Shown here: positions 22,642 through 37,900 of the stretch, piece after piece
Position numbering within the stretch: position 1 is the stretch's first letter
Layout: every line of letters starts with the position of its first letter
Assembly (NCBI GenBank): GCA_907165135.1
Contig: OU015567.1
Coordinates: forward strand, 9,300,001 to 9,364,000
DNA from: Oikopleura dioica
Lineage: Eukaryota; Animalia; Chordata
Direction: 5' to 3'
Length of the DNA stretch: 64,000 bases
Translations under genes and position numbers: made by a program
Notes under the pieces: generated by a model
Databases searched by the model: none
The model's input: the letters and a program-made list of their open reading frames with translations, nothing else
What the model was told of the DNA's origin: nothing

Positions 22642-25600
22642 AAATAAACTCGCTCTATCCATCTAGTAACATGCTAAACTCCACTCAAGAAGCAGGCGGG
22701 GCATCTTTGAAATAGCACAAGTCTCCTTTGGTGCACCTGAAATTCCACCGCCTCCCCCGTCGAGCGCGACTTTTGGCACCGCCCTCCCCGCTGTTTTGCA
22801 AGAAAGCATGAAATTCAATCAATCAGATGCAATTCGCGGCATTCTAGCTCTCAGAGTCTCATAACAATAACATCCGCATGATCTCCAGCAGTTTTTAATA
22901 TGTTCTATTCCGTTTTGAAAAATATTAAAAGCACAGCACGCTGGTTTCTTCCCTTTTCAACCTTTATTTGGGCACAGTAGGGGCCTCGTTCACTCATAAA
23001 TCTTGCAAAGTTTATTCAATTGGACTTTTCTTAACTTTTAATTGATTGATCGATATTACAGTCATATTAACAATCCCATAAAGATGATCACTCATATCTA
23101 CCGTTTAGGAGGTGTTTGCTGGAATAGAAAGGATTCTCAAAATAAAAAAATCTGGGAAAAATAATATCGAGCTCTAAATTTTTAATTTTCCGTTACACAA
23201 AACTGTCACCTGCACGTTTTTTAATATTATATCGATATATACAGCCTTGTGAGAAACTCACTACGAATCGATAATATACTCTCGCTGGGAAGAAAACTCG
23301 GACAGGTTCAAACTCTGCGGGAGACGGCTAAGACAGCTTTAGCCTTTCCGGTTAGCTTGAGTTCTATATAACTGGCATAAATGTCTGGGAATGTCGACGA
23401 GTATAACAACCAGGAGATTATCTTGTAATTGGGCAAGTAAAATTGGTCTGCTGGACATAAAATTACTGGATCATCAAGCGGAAAGCTGAATACACTGCAA
23501 CGCAGAGGACACAGACTGTTTCAACACTACTGTAGTTGACTAACTGTATTTTTTTCAATGAACTCAACTCATCATAGACCTGGACTGGCTGAAGATATCC
23601 GTAAAAGACAGACTCCGGAAAAGGAGAGCGATCAATAGCATCTGATCGGCGTTTTAATTCAATTAAGAAAAAGTCGGAAATTTCAGAAGCCATCGATCAG
23701 CGAAAAACATCTTCAAAGCGTCAGAAAGCCTCGGAACCCATCGATTGCTCTGAATTTTCGTTTTCCGAGATGAGTCGCTCGTATCATTAAACTACTTAGG
23801 CCGAGCGGTACCTTTCAAAATGGACATCAAGGAGGTGACTCTGAAAATGAAGATTCAGATAAAAAAATGCCTGACGTACAGGACTTTGACTATTTTGTAC
23901 ATCATTTTATTGACAAGAAAAGCTACTTTGCTATCTTATATTGGTTGATAAGAATCATTGAGGATTGACTAATATTCTTTATGCAACGGACTACAGGTAC
24001 ATGTTTTATTTCAAAAATTCAGTTGGTAATTGATCGAAATTAATTTTTTCGAGTGTCACGTGTCCAGGTGTATCGAGCTCGGCTTAGCTTGGCGCTCCGG
24101 TTTGGGCACACACGTGCGCTCAAACTTCCGTTTCATTATCGAGCGAGCTAGAGTTTATCAAATTGCAACATATTGGGTTTAATTATTCAATCTTCTGGTG
24201 CATAATCGAAATCGTCAAAATAACCGGAAAAATTGGAGAAACCTGAAATCAATTCATCAAATTAAGCTTTCGAGAGTCGAAACAGATTTCGCATTTTATT
24301 TTGGGGCTAATTCTAAACAGACTTTTCCAATCAAACTTTTCAGCAATCATCGAATTCAACTAAAGTGATCGGTTAAAAATGATATTGAACAAGTGTCCTC
24401 TTTTGGGGTCATTAGCAAAACCGTCCTAAATACATATCTCCCACTTCCGAAAAATCATTTTCCCCAGGCGACTTTGACCTTTTTTGATTTTCCAGTAGAC
24501 CCGCAATTTTCCACAAGAAAGGGGCCGATTGATGACTGTAATCGATCAGAGCTGACTTTTCTCAGCTTCCATAATTTTCGGAATGAAAACCGCTTTCCCT
24601 CTTCCCACCTCGAAATCAAAGGAACTCGCCGCCGGGGCTTGTCGATAATGAGTTCCGTAACGAAATGCAGAAATTATCGAAGATCGGATATCGCGTGATT
24701 TCCCAGGCCTTTGATCAGAATGGAAATTTATGCAAGCGGGAAATGGGAGATCAGAAGAATTAACGTTTTCCTCTTTTTAAAGCGGTTCCTCCTTGTTTTC
24801 AGTTCTAATCCTGTCTCAAAAATATATTACAGTTACACACATTCACATGAGAAACTGACAAAGGCTAAAGCACTAAAACCTTTGCTTTGATGAAATCCAC
24901 GTCTTTCAGAGAATGGCGAAATGGTTTTCAATTCTAAAGCTCCCCGGGGCGCCTTCCGTTTCAAAAGAGCTAAACTTCACCCTTTCTCAGCTCAATGTAT
25001 TCAAACGAGTGGAAGTAAATTTAATTCTTCTTCAGTTCAGCTCATAAATCATTCTAATCGAGCAACCAAGCAAACTTTATTTTGCATCTTTGAAAAATGC
25101 GAACGCACATTTCTCTTCCATGACTTCAGACTTCTGCACTATGAAAGATCAGTTTCTTACTGAAGAAGGCATGCCTTACTGATATCCTTAGTAAGTCCTT
25201 CGTTAGTGGCTTTAGTTACTCAATATAAGCAAGATAAAATACTTCAGTAAAAAAAAGAAAGACACTGCTGCTGACTAAGATATCTTTTGCAACCGAAACC
25301 CCATGAATTTATCAATGTAATCCATTTGGAAAATACACAAACTTCTCCTTTGTTCTAACGACTTTCGCGGCTTTTTCCAGAGGATTACCTCCATTAGCCG
25401 TCACGGGATCTCGTTGGCCGTCTCTTCGCCTGGAGCGCCGCTAGCTCCGGCCTCGAGCGCGTGCCCCAAGAAAGCGCCACCTCGTGTTCTCTCGTGAATC
25501 CGTTCTCTTCCCCCAGGCGGTCTTCACTCACTACAGTTACTCCCGCTGAGCACCCGACAGCGAAACCAACTTCTCTCAAAAACAATAACTAGAAGTCCCA

Positions 25601-25720
25601 CAGAGATATCTACTACTGTAATTCTAACCTTTACAGGTAAGTCATCAAAGACATTCAGTAATATGAAGGAGTCTTTCTTGAGAATTTTAAGTATACGAAA
25701 CTAACTCTTCTCTTAGAAAA

Positions 25721-27300
<1,580 letters not shown>

Positions 27301-27599
27301 ATCATCATCTTCCATTTCTGTAAAAAATATTATGTACATACGATGTTCATTTATCACGTGCCTAGAATTATTTAAATCTGAAATAAAACCTTCATAAACT
27401 TGAAAAGCTGTCTTTTTATGAAATGGTAAGCAAAAAAAACAGGGCGTAAAGAAATCAATTTGCCTTCTCAGCGCCGCAATTCCCGCGAAACGGACTCTAA
27501 GTTGTTTGATTGTGGTTATCTCAGTTGAACGGGGTTGAACATGGGCGCCGCGGGAGCTCCGCCACCTTTTTCTTATCACTACACTTTGCTCAAGAGAAA

Positions 27600-28302
27600 A
27601 TGAAGAAGGCGCTGGCTACGTTACTATTTCAGATTTCTCGGGCAGATTGGCAGCTACCTTTTGGAAAAGAAATTCTAAAGGAGCTGAAAGAACTCGGCTT
27701 TGAAAGCCACAACATCTCGCACTACGGATGTTACTGTCGATTCGGCGGGACCAAATACGCTCCTGAAGGAGAAGCGCAGGACGAATACGATCGGGCTTGC
27801 TTTAATTACAGTCAATGTGTGAAATGCTTGGATCTGGACCAGTGCAAGATTCACTATCCAAGGTAGTCTTCCTTGATTTTCTTTTTTTGAAAATTTTGGC
27901 GCGCACTGCCAGGACAAATTGGTAAAACCTTTCATTAGAATACCATTTCGAGTGGGGAATGAATTTTGCACAGATGGAGACAGTTCTTGCGAAAATAACC
28001 TCTGTAAGTGCCAGAAAAAATTGATTCAAGACATCATGGATCTATCTTGGTCACAAATTCATCTTCGGTCTTATCTCTCCCGCGATTTCAACCACAACGA
28101 GGAATGCCTTCACTCCTCCAACTATCAACGACTCCACCAAGACGAGTTTGAATGCTGCGGCGAGTATCCTGATAGATTCATTTACGCTCCAGAAAGTGGC
28201 GCAAGAAAATGCTGTGGAACAAGAACTTTTAACTCACAGTATCAAGAATGTTGTGATGATAAGACTGTTAGACTTCATGGAGAGTGCAAAAGAAGCCCTT
28301 GA
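27600..28302 (+). CDS. Secreted phospholipase A2-like fold protein with Cys-rich CC repeats; catalytic His-Asp absent
   Basis: Signal peptide MKKALATLLFQISRA; ISHYGCYC...DEYDRACFNYSQCVKC; CENNLCKC; then CCGEYP...CCGTRTFNSQYQECCD. The exon junction (intron 27863-27912) needs a 1-nt correction. Confidence 0.65.
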
Positions 28303-28625
28303 GTATTTGGATTCGATGAAATCAGAAATATTCTAACTGTGCATTTAAAATTTTTTCTAATAAAATTCAAAATTTTTAATTCAATTTTTTTAATCATGTG
28401 AAGATGCAGAAGTCTAACCTAACCAGGAAGGTTTCATCAATTCAGATAAGGCTATCTTTTAGTTTTTCAATTTCTGAGAACGACCAAAATCGCCAAGTCA
28501 GTCAAATTTGGCGCTCGCCAGGCATCGACCAATCAGCGCTCGCCTCCACCGTAGAAACACCAGGCAGCAGCTGTTAATCGTGTTTTTGACGGAAAATTGA
28601 ATCTTAGAGAAATCACTGTATCAAA

Positions 28626-30062
28626 ATGATACCTCTTCAGCCCCAAGAATTAACGAGAATATTTAAGAGATTTTATGTTAGATCGTCGGTAATGGAGCAA
28701 CTAATTGAACTTTTCCCGCATATACTTCCAGTAACGAGCGATTACAATTCGAACTTCGAAACTTCTGTCGTCGGCCAAGAGGATATGGAAATGACGCATG
28801 ATGCCGATCTTGTGAATGCGCCGCAACGAGATATTCATCTTGTGGAAGAGCAAGCTGTGGATCTACGTGCAGATGGTTTGAAAGTTCGAATAATCAAGAA
28901 GCTTGGTTCAGGCGCTTACGGCTCCGTCTATAAAGGCATTCTCTACGGAGAACCGTTTGGAGAAACTAAAGTTGCGGTAGAGTAGAAAATAACGTCGGAA
29001 TCGAGTTGAAATAAACTTCAGGTCGTCATCAAAGTCGAGCATTATCTCTGCGAATTGCCACAGATCAACCTCGAACAACGTTTCTATACGCATCTCAAAG
29101 TATATTCGCAGAGAAATGTGAATCTCAAAGAAGGCATCCCAATCGTGTATTATTGTGGGCAAGAAGTAAAGCTGAAATACACTTCGCCGAAGCTTCACGG
29201 TCACAACTCGACGATGATAGGGTTATTCAACATTATCATAATGGAAGAGCTGGGAAAGGACCTCAAGGTCGTCCACAAACAGCTTTCTATGGGATTGCCT
29301 TTCGCCTGCTGGATAGACTTGGCGGGACAAATGTTCAAAATTATGCAGACATTAGTCGAAGTAACCTCTCATTTACTGAATGTAAAATAAAATTTTCCTT
29401 TCAGAAAAAACTGATTCACCGTGACATCAAGCCAAGTAACTTTGTCCTCGGCCGTGCCCGAGCAACTGTCACTGCCCGTGGATCAAGCAAATTATTCATC
29501 GTCGACTTTGGCCTTTCAAAGAGATGGGAACGCATGAAACGAGAATGGGGGTTGAACATGGTTGGGACGAAGAAATACATGTCGGAGCATGTTATGGCTG
29601 GTGACAGGCCGCATGTTAGAGATGATCTGATTTCCTGCTGCTACGTTTTGCGAGAGATGCTCGACGGGTGTCTTCCCTGGGACGAAATGATCCACGAACA
29701 AGACGATATGCGCAACTGGGTAGGATTTATAGCCAAAAACATCCTTATTTATTGAACTCTAGCACCAGACATTGCAGCGTATGAAACGAAACTTGAATGG
29801 AAATGCTCTCTTCGGGCAAGAGGACCCGGACGATCCTCTTTTCTGCTTCGACACTCCTGATGATCCACAGGAAGGTCAACCAAACCAGCCTGACATCACC
29901 AAGATGTGCTGGATTTTTGATCATATCAAGGGCCTCCAGTGGGGCGAACTGCCCGATTTTGGCTTCATTTTCGATCTTCTCAATGAGATGAAGAACGAGA
30001 ACCAGTCCTTCCTCAAGGCTGACGATCCTTGGAAGGAGATTCTTCAAGTCATTAACGATTGA
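28626..30062 (+). CDS. Divergent casein kinase 1 / tau-tubulin kinase family protein kinase
   Basis: LGSGAYGSVY, VVIKVE, PQINLE, IMEELGKDL, HRDIKPSNF, DFGLSK, GTKKYMS, RDDLIS, LPW, PD(F)GFI. Three GT-AG introns. Confidence 0.85.
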
Positions 30063-30606
30063 AGCCACTTTTAAACTTAAAACAATCCATTAACCATCAG
30101 TGCCATTCATTTGCCAGAAAATATGATAAAATATTATATTCCACCAAAAACCTTCAAATGCATTTTAACTGCCCATTTATTTTTAAATAAAATTGATAAC
30201 GCACAACAAAACAATCCCCCTCTTGTTGGCAACAACGAAGAAAAGTGTCGAATCATCATTAATTCTAGATTGAAATCAACATGCTCGTACGATTACTATG
30301 TCTGCCACATGGTAATGCAACGGATCCGCCTGATAAAAATTAATTTTAACCGACTAAATTAATTTTAACGTCCAAGAGAATAAAAAACACAGTCTAAGAG
30401 ATAAAAAGAAACAACAGCTGCTGATCATGATAATTGATAAAGAATCTAAGACGCGTACTCTGTAATCTAAGTTTCTAAGCTCTAATTGTTCAAAACCTAC
30501 CTTCTTCACTTTAAAATAAAATAAAAAAGGATAAACGAGAGAATTAATTATAACTTTCTTAAACTCTGATTTTAATTTCTCCCTATTCTAAATGAAACCT
30601 TCTCAG

Positions 30607-31846
30607 ATGTCTTACGACGGTGGATACGGTAGTTTTGGTGGAGGAGCAGCACCAGCGGGAGAGGTAAAAATCTATTTTGGAATATTTGCTCAAGCTTTAG
30701 GCCGACTACTCCGGTGGGGCTACCTCTTACGGTGCTGGAGCTGGAGGTGCTTCTGCACAAGACGCTGGTGGATACGGCGCTCCAGCAGCTTCAGGTGGAG
30801 GTTACAACACAGGTGGAGCTCAGGGCGGCTACGGAGGAGGATATGGCGGCGGCCAAGGTGGAAACGCACCGCAGGCAGCTATTCAAATCAAGTCCAATCC
30901 AAAGGATGGTCAACTCATCAACTCTCCCGATTCACCAAATAACCAAAAGATGTTTATCGGTGGTGTCTCTAAACAGACAACTACTGGTCAGTAGATTTCC
31001 TTGTGCGCTTTTCAAATTTATCTCAGCTTCTCTTCGAGCTCATTTTGAGCAGTTTGGCGCAGTAAAGGACGTCGAAATCAAAGTTGATCCCAGTACTGGC
31101 CTTTCTCGAGGTTTTGGTTTCGTTCTATTCGAACTCCCAGAATCTGTGAACGCTGTGGTCGCGGCTGGCCAACAATTCCTCGATGGCAAACGAATCGATC
31201 CCAAGCCAGCTGAGAAGCGAAACTGCAAGGTCTTCATTGGTGGTATTAACCCAGCTACCGCTAGCGAGACCGTGCAGGAACTGATGGAGACTTTCGGAGA
31301 AGTCGAAAATTTCGAAAGGTACTCCGATTTTTACCAATCCGAGACCTTCCTTAAAAACTTCTAAGACGCACTGATCGCAACCGAGGCACCCTTCAGCCAT
31401 TCGCTTTTTGCACCTTCAAAGATGATGCCGTCGCATCAAGCTTGGCCAAAACCCGTTGGGTTGAGATCGAAGGAAAACGATGCGAAGTAAAACTCTGTAA
31501 GTTCATCGATTTGATATTGAATATTTATTTGAAACATTTAGCCATCGAAAACAAACAGAAGCTCTTCAACCAGGGTTATGGTGGAAATAGAGGCGGCTAC
31601 GGCGGTGGAGGTTACGGTCAACAAGGCTATGGGGGATACGGTGGCTTCGGAGGCGGTGGCTACGGCCAACAAGGAAACGGAGGATTTGGCGGCTACGGTG
31701 GCTATGGAGGTCCTGGCTTTGGAGGACAGCAGGGAGGATTCGGCGGTCCCGGTGGTTTCAGAGGCGCTCCAGGTGGCCGAGGAGGTGGACCTATGCGTGG
31801 TGGTCGAGGGGGTGGCCGCGGAGCCGGCAGACCTTCCCCGTACTAA
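30607..31846 (+). CDS. hnRNP A/B-D (squid-like) protein: two RRMs with Gly-rich ends
   Basis: KMFIGG...SRGFGFVLF...LDGKRIDPK, KVFIGG...FAFCTF, RGG/GGY-rich C-terminus ending RPSPY* (PY-NLS-like). Confidence 0.88.
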
Positions 31847-32194
31847 GATCACCGCAATCTGACCCTTATACGATCATTTATTCGGCAGCCTTTAAGGCAT
31901 CGAACCCATTTTACTAGTACTTTTTTGACCTACTGCCTAAAAACTATCCCATTACTCGGTGTCACGCAAAACTACTATTACTTTAAGAGAAACCTGAATT
32001 GTCTCCTCTACTTTCTATGAAACCCATTTTTATAACTTGAAAACTGTCCCCTTGTATCTACCCTTGACTGTAGGAGGGTTTCTATACCAGTATAAAACAA
32101 CTCGTCTTTTGTACATACTTGGATCATCTTCTTGAGTCTCAGTCAAATACAACTTGTTCGAAACTGAAATGTCTCATTTTTTTATCGTCTTAGC

Positions 32195-34854
32195 ATGGAT
32201 GATCCGTACGCGAACTTTGATTATGAAGACGAAGGCGCTGACGCTTTTGATACGAACATTGATAACGATGAGGAGTTCAAGCGCGCACTGACTAGCCATG
32301 GTCGCCAAGGATATCGAGGCGGGACTAGCGCTGGCAATAGAAACATCTCTACGGCTTTCAAGCCCCAAAATGACAACCGCCCAACTACAGGCATCACTGG
32401 CGCTGGATATCAGAAGTCTACACTCAACTTGAGCAAGAAGAACTCAAATACGATCGTAGAAGAAGGAGATGAAGAACGAATGGAAGAAGAGAGGATTCGC
32501 GAGATCGAGCGAAACATCTCCAAGATGGTCGATCAGTCAATCATCTGCCAATCAAAAGGTGATTCTCGCAGAGCCCTAGAAATCGCAAAGAGTGCAGCGA
32601 GAAAGGAACGCGATGTGACCAAGAAGCGTGATGCGAGTGGACTCAGTGATGGACAGAATATGGATCTGACTTTTTCCGTTCATTTCAACGTAGCTGTTCA
32701 GTACGAAATGAATGATCTGTACTCTGAGGCTCTGCAAGCCTATCAAGTCATCGTGAAGAATAAAATCTTCCAAAATGTCGGTAGAATTCGAGTCAACATG
32801 GGAAACATTCATTTCAAGCTGCGGGAGTTCTCCAAGTCAGTAAAACAGTATCGCATGGCGCTGGATCAGGTCCCATCACACTATCGAACGATGCGAAGCA
32901 AGATACAAGCGAACATCGGCGCATGCTTCATCAAGCTCGGTCAATTTCACGACGCTGCCAGCGCATACGAGCATATCATGTCCGAACATCCCGATTTCAA
33001 GCCTGGATTCAATTTGATCATGTGCTACTACGCGATGAAGGACGCAGAGAAAATGCGACGAGCGTTTATTCGTCTTCTCAACGTCACCTCTGGCGTCGAC
33101 GAAGAAAAATATCAAATTGCGACAGACGACAAGAACGAAGCCGCTCATTTGGAAGCCATTTCTTCCGACCCTCTTAGAGCTCTCGAAAGACAGCGTAAGA
33201 CACTTGCTGAGCGAACAATTGTCCAAGCGGCGAAGATGATCGCCCCATACATCGAAGAGCACAATTTCTCCGCTGGCTTCGATTGGTGCGTCAATCAAGT
33301 CAAACAAAGCCCATATGGGGAGCTTGCGAGTGATCTGGAAATTCACAAGGCGCTGACATATCTCAAGGAGCACAGCTTTGAGCCCGCAATAAAAATTTTG
33401 AAAAACTTGGAGAAGAAAGACTCGAATGTCCGTTCGCAGTCCAATAACAACCTTTCCTTCATCTACTTTCTCCAGCAAAAAAATGCAGAAGCAAGTACAT
33501 TTGCCTCAAAAGCGCTACAGGCTGATAAGTACAATCCGAGCGCGCTGGTGAACAAGGGAAATACGGTTGCTTTCGAGTAAGTTCAACCATTCTCTTCTAT
33601 GTTTTCAATAAAATTTTAGTGGTGATTGGAGCAGCTCGATTCAATACTACCAGGAAGCCCTACGAGTAGATGCAGAATGCAGAGAAGCTCTTTACAACCT
33701 CGGCATTGCTTGCAAGCGGGTAGACCGAAAAGAAGACGCACTCGAATCCTTCATGAAGCTGCATCAAATTCAACGAACAAATCCACAAGTCATGTTTATG
33801 ATTGCCGACGTCTACCGATCGATGGGCGACAATAGCGCTGCTGTTGAGTGGCTTCAGCAAGCGTTGTCTGTTTCTCATAATGACCCGAAACTGTTGCAAG
33901 AACTCGGAGCTATATTTGACCAGGAAGGAGACAAGTCGTCGGCGTTCCAGGTATGCTAAAACAAATCACTTTTGGTAATCATGTTTCAGCACAACTATGA
34001 CTCCTACAAACTCTTCCCCGGCGACATCCGCGTCATCGAATGGCTCGCTAGCTACTACATCGAGTCTCAATTTCCAGAGAAAGCCGCCAACTACTTCGCG
34101 CGAGCTTCCGTCATTGATCCACATGAAGTAAAGTGGCATCTTATGAATGCAGCCTGTCTCCGAAAGATTGGAAATGTCCACCAAGCGCTTGAAAAATACA
34201 GAGAGACGCATAAGAAGTTCCCTGAGTCGAGAGAAGTGCTCGAATACCTGGTCCGATTATGTACGGATATGAGGATGGATCAAGAAGCAAAGGTACTATT
34301 GTCCAATTTTGAAATATCTCGCTTATCTGTTATATAAGGAATTTGCTCATAAACTGAAACGACTCGATAAATCACTCAGGGAGCGAGAAACTCGTGAGAC
34401 CCGTGTGGGATCAGCGACCAAGGGTAAGTCAATACATTAAAACTTTCGCTAACTAAAGTTCACCCGATCTCACATGAGCCGCTTTCATAAAACTTTATTT
34501 CAGGAAGACAAAAAAGTGCAAGCTCACGAAGGGGCTCCAGTAAAACTCGCAATAATGACCGAATAGGATCCGGTCGTATCGGTTCCGGCCGTGCTGGATC
34601 TGCAAAATCGCGTGATGCAGGCAGCGCTATTTCGAAAAGCAGCTTGGAAAGGGAGGACTCTGAAATAGTTTATGAGAAGATTGAGCCAGACGTGAACATA
34701 CCTGTAAGCCATCGTACAACTAATCAACTTCTCATATCCAATTTAGGAGTCAGTTCCGTCGAATGCTGACTATCGACCTAAGACATCCGCTGGAAAGCGC
34801 CAAAATGACGATTTTGATGATTTTGATGACAACGACGAGCTCCTTCCAGAATAA
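32195..34854 (+). CDS. IFT88: Intraflagellar transport protein 88
   Basis: TPR protein with NMDLTFSVHFN, YQVIVKNKIF, RIRVNMGNIHFK, YRMALDQVP, FDWC...LASDLEIHKA, ALVNKG, DKSSAFQ, EVKWHLM and an acidic C-terminus DDNDELLPE*. Confidence 0.96.
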
Positions 34855-34991
34855 GCTCTTCATATTTTTCTACTGATTTTCCTTTTCTACCGCAATCTTT
34901 TGTTTAGATTTATATTTGTTTACTCAATAAAAGCCATATTTTTCGTAAAATTGCGTTCAACCGGAACAGGTATCATCGTTTCCTCATCAGA

Positions 34992-37900
34992 ATGGCAGAG
35001 GACTTTGAGAAATTGGTAAATAAATGCACGATCCTTTCCACGGAGATCATCCACAATCTGGAACGCATCTCAAGCTCGCAGAAGCAAGAGGAAATCGACG
35101 ATTCTAATGTTTATGCTTCGCGAAAACTCGAGAGTTTCAAACAAACTTTGGGAGGCATAGAAAACACTATTGTCCCCGGTAAGTCTACTAGTCTTGTTCT
35201 GTTCGTGTTTTTGTTCTGTTTACGGTGTTAGAATAAGTACCTCCTGAGTCATCAAAGTCTCCACATGTTCCAGTGGCGGCAATTTGTTTGCCAGAGAGTT
35301 GGGTGTCGAAATCGTAGGCATCGATGAGTTGCATTCTGAGTTTTCCACCAACGTTGCTAAACGGATAAGAGCCGGTTTCTAAGCCAACAAAAGGCCATCC
35401 AGTAGTAAAATAATCTTGAGTAGTTTGAAAGATTTTCCTGTGGTGTAATAATATTCCGTTTTAAAACTATTCCTTCGCTATCGGCAATTCCGTAGCCAGA
35501 ACCAGTTTGATCGACGAAGAATCCTCCGACTCGTCGATCATTTGTCTCGGTTATCTTAACATGAATCCATCCATCATCAAAGAAATAGGCTATGGGGAGA
35601 GCGCTTGCTGCCAGATTAGCGAATGAAGTGACCATGCCAGCCTCAAAAGTAGGGAGAGAGAAGGAAAGTCCATTGTGCCCAATTTTTTCACGCAGTCCTT
35701 GAACCTTAATTTGTATTAGTTATGAGAATTCTTGAATTAATTTACGGAGTATCTGGTCTCATCATAGACACAAAGCGAGAATCTAAATTCACTTGACTCT
35801 TTCGCGTTCTGGAGTCCAATGTGAATATCACCAACTGGAACGAAATTGGCATCGAGAGATGGTCTAAAAGTAACGGTTTTCCCCGCTTCAACGGTAAGCG
35901 AAAGCTTCGAGCTTTCATCGAATTCGACGCCTTTCTCGTTTTCGTTGTTTTCTAGCCATCCGCCGATAGGTTTTGGGAATGTAACATCGATCTCGCCCAA
36001 CTGAGTTGAAAACGGACAAAGTTTGTAGATCGACTGCACTGGGTAATCATCATTAGCCGTTCCAGTTTCACACCCAGTGGTGATAAACGGATTCTCTGTT
36101 CGAAGCACGTATCCGGGATGACCAGTTATCCGACCAGAAACATCGGAAATTGCGAACATTTCACGATCAGCCTTATTATCATTATTCAACTTGTCATCTC
36201 CGAAGATCAGCGGGCAGTTTTCGAAAAGGTTCGAATGGAGAGCTACATTTTCAGGGTTAACTGTAAAGCGAGAGTTGTTTCCAGGGACGATTGGTGCTCT
36301 GATCGCGCCAAAGCCGGCACTGTCTGGGAAAAAGTCAAAGAAGCGGTTGTTAGAAATGATGGTTGGTTCGGATGATGCGGATACCACGATACCGCCTTGG
36401 ATTTCATCTCGTGGGAGAGGAGCTTGTCGGTAAACATCATTTGATGGCTTATACCAGCTGTATTTATATTCCTCTACTGAGTTCGGCTTAGGAAGCTGTG
36501 GCTTATCATCAATCGAGCAGTCCATAAGCTGGTCAAGACTCTTTGATTTTATGCTGCTTCCTTCATCAAGCTCATAGCAGCGCATGTGTCCAGTGTTTTT
36601 TGTGAAACCAACGAAGGTTGAGTCAGTAATTGTTTTCTTCGCCCCGTATACACCCTCAGATGTTACCAACTCGAAACCTTTGGCGTTGTCAGAAACCTGC
36701 CAATTTTCAAGATGGACGTTTGCTCCTTCAATCTTGTTCGTTTTCGTTGTATGGTGAACTTTAAAACCAACAAAATATTCGTCCGCCCAGTTTGACTCTG
36801 GTCGCTCCCAGAGATTTGGTCGCAAATCGTCAATTTTTCGATCTTCATTTGGCTTGAAATCGCCGTCTTGCCACTTTTCTGGCATCGCAGTGTATTTCAG
36901 TCCTGTTGGATCGCCTTCAGGAAGCATCGACAAGAAGGGAGCGTTATGGGATGCAGTTGGTCCATCATCCTTCACAGTTCCCGAACGAATGATTCCGTAA
37001 GTAGCAGCAGAGGCTTTGTTGTTCCTCCATTCTCGGCGACCAGTTTCTTTACTTGGCGGAATGGCTTCGAACTGATATTTTTCTGAAGCAGTGTGATGGA
37101 AGAACCAGAATCCGGCAGTGCCACCGACAGCAGCGTTGTCATGGATCCAGTTAGCACCGTGAGACATCCAAAAGACTGAAAGAGCTTCGCAAGGTGCTCG
37201 GCCAATTTCAGCGCCGTTATATTGATCATTTGCTGCTTCACAGATCGACCCATCACGATCAGTTGGAAGAATGATTCCAGGCTTGACGACAATGCCCAAG
37301 TTTCCAGTGATGTGATTGTAGGTTTCAACACCGTCTTCCATGAAAAATCCGTGACCGACAGTATTGTATCCGACGAAGTTCTTCACTGTTGCTTCATGAG
37401 TTCCGTGCACGGTGACGAAACGTGAGAAGCAATCGTGAACAGAGACGGATTCAAATGAACTCGGATCTTCGTATCCTCCCATTCTGCCAACATACCCAGC
37501 GTGATGCCAATGGAGAGGATATCTAGCGAGCCATGGTTGCCCCGCATTAAAGACCTCAATGTGAGAGACGTGGAAGTTCCTGAACTTCTTCGTTCCGACC
37601 ATGTGGGCTCCGTGTCTGTCGATATCTTCACCCTCCATTTCTGCAAAATATGGGCACCAGTTGACCTGTCGATTAGGGGAATCTTCGTTCAGCGATTCTC
37701 GAGTTCTAGCGTAGTCACAGACCGGTTCCATTTCTCCGTAGAATCGAATGTTTCTAATACGATTTCTTTTTGCTTATTTTTGAGCATTATTCTTACCTTG
37801 AAAGAAGTCCCACCTCCGCTCTCTGATCAATGCCAGTTCGCTGATCAATTCGACCCCAGTGAGTAAAGTCAGCCGGTCGGTCTAGCATAATCTCGAACCT

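Noticed and set aside
31538-31862. Ser/Thr- and Ala/Val-rich ORFs over the hnRNP tail
   Set aside because: Alternative frames of the Gly-rich low-complexity exon.
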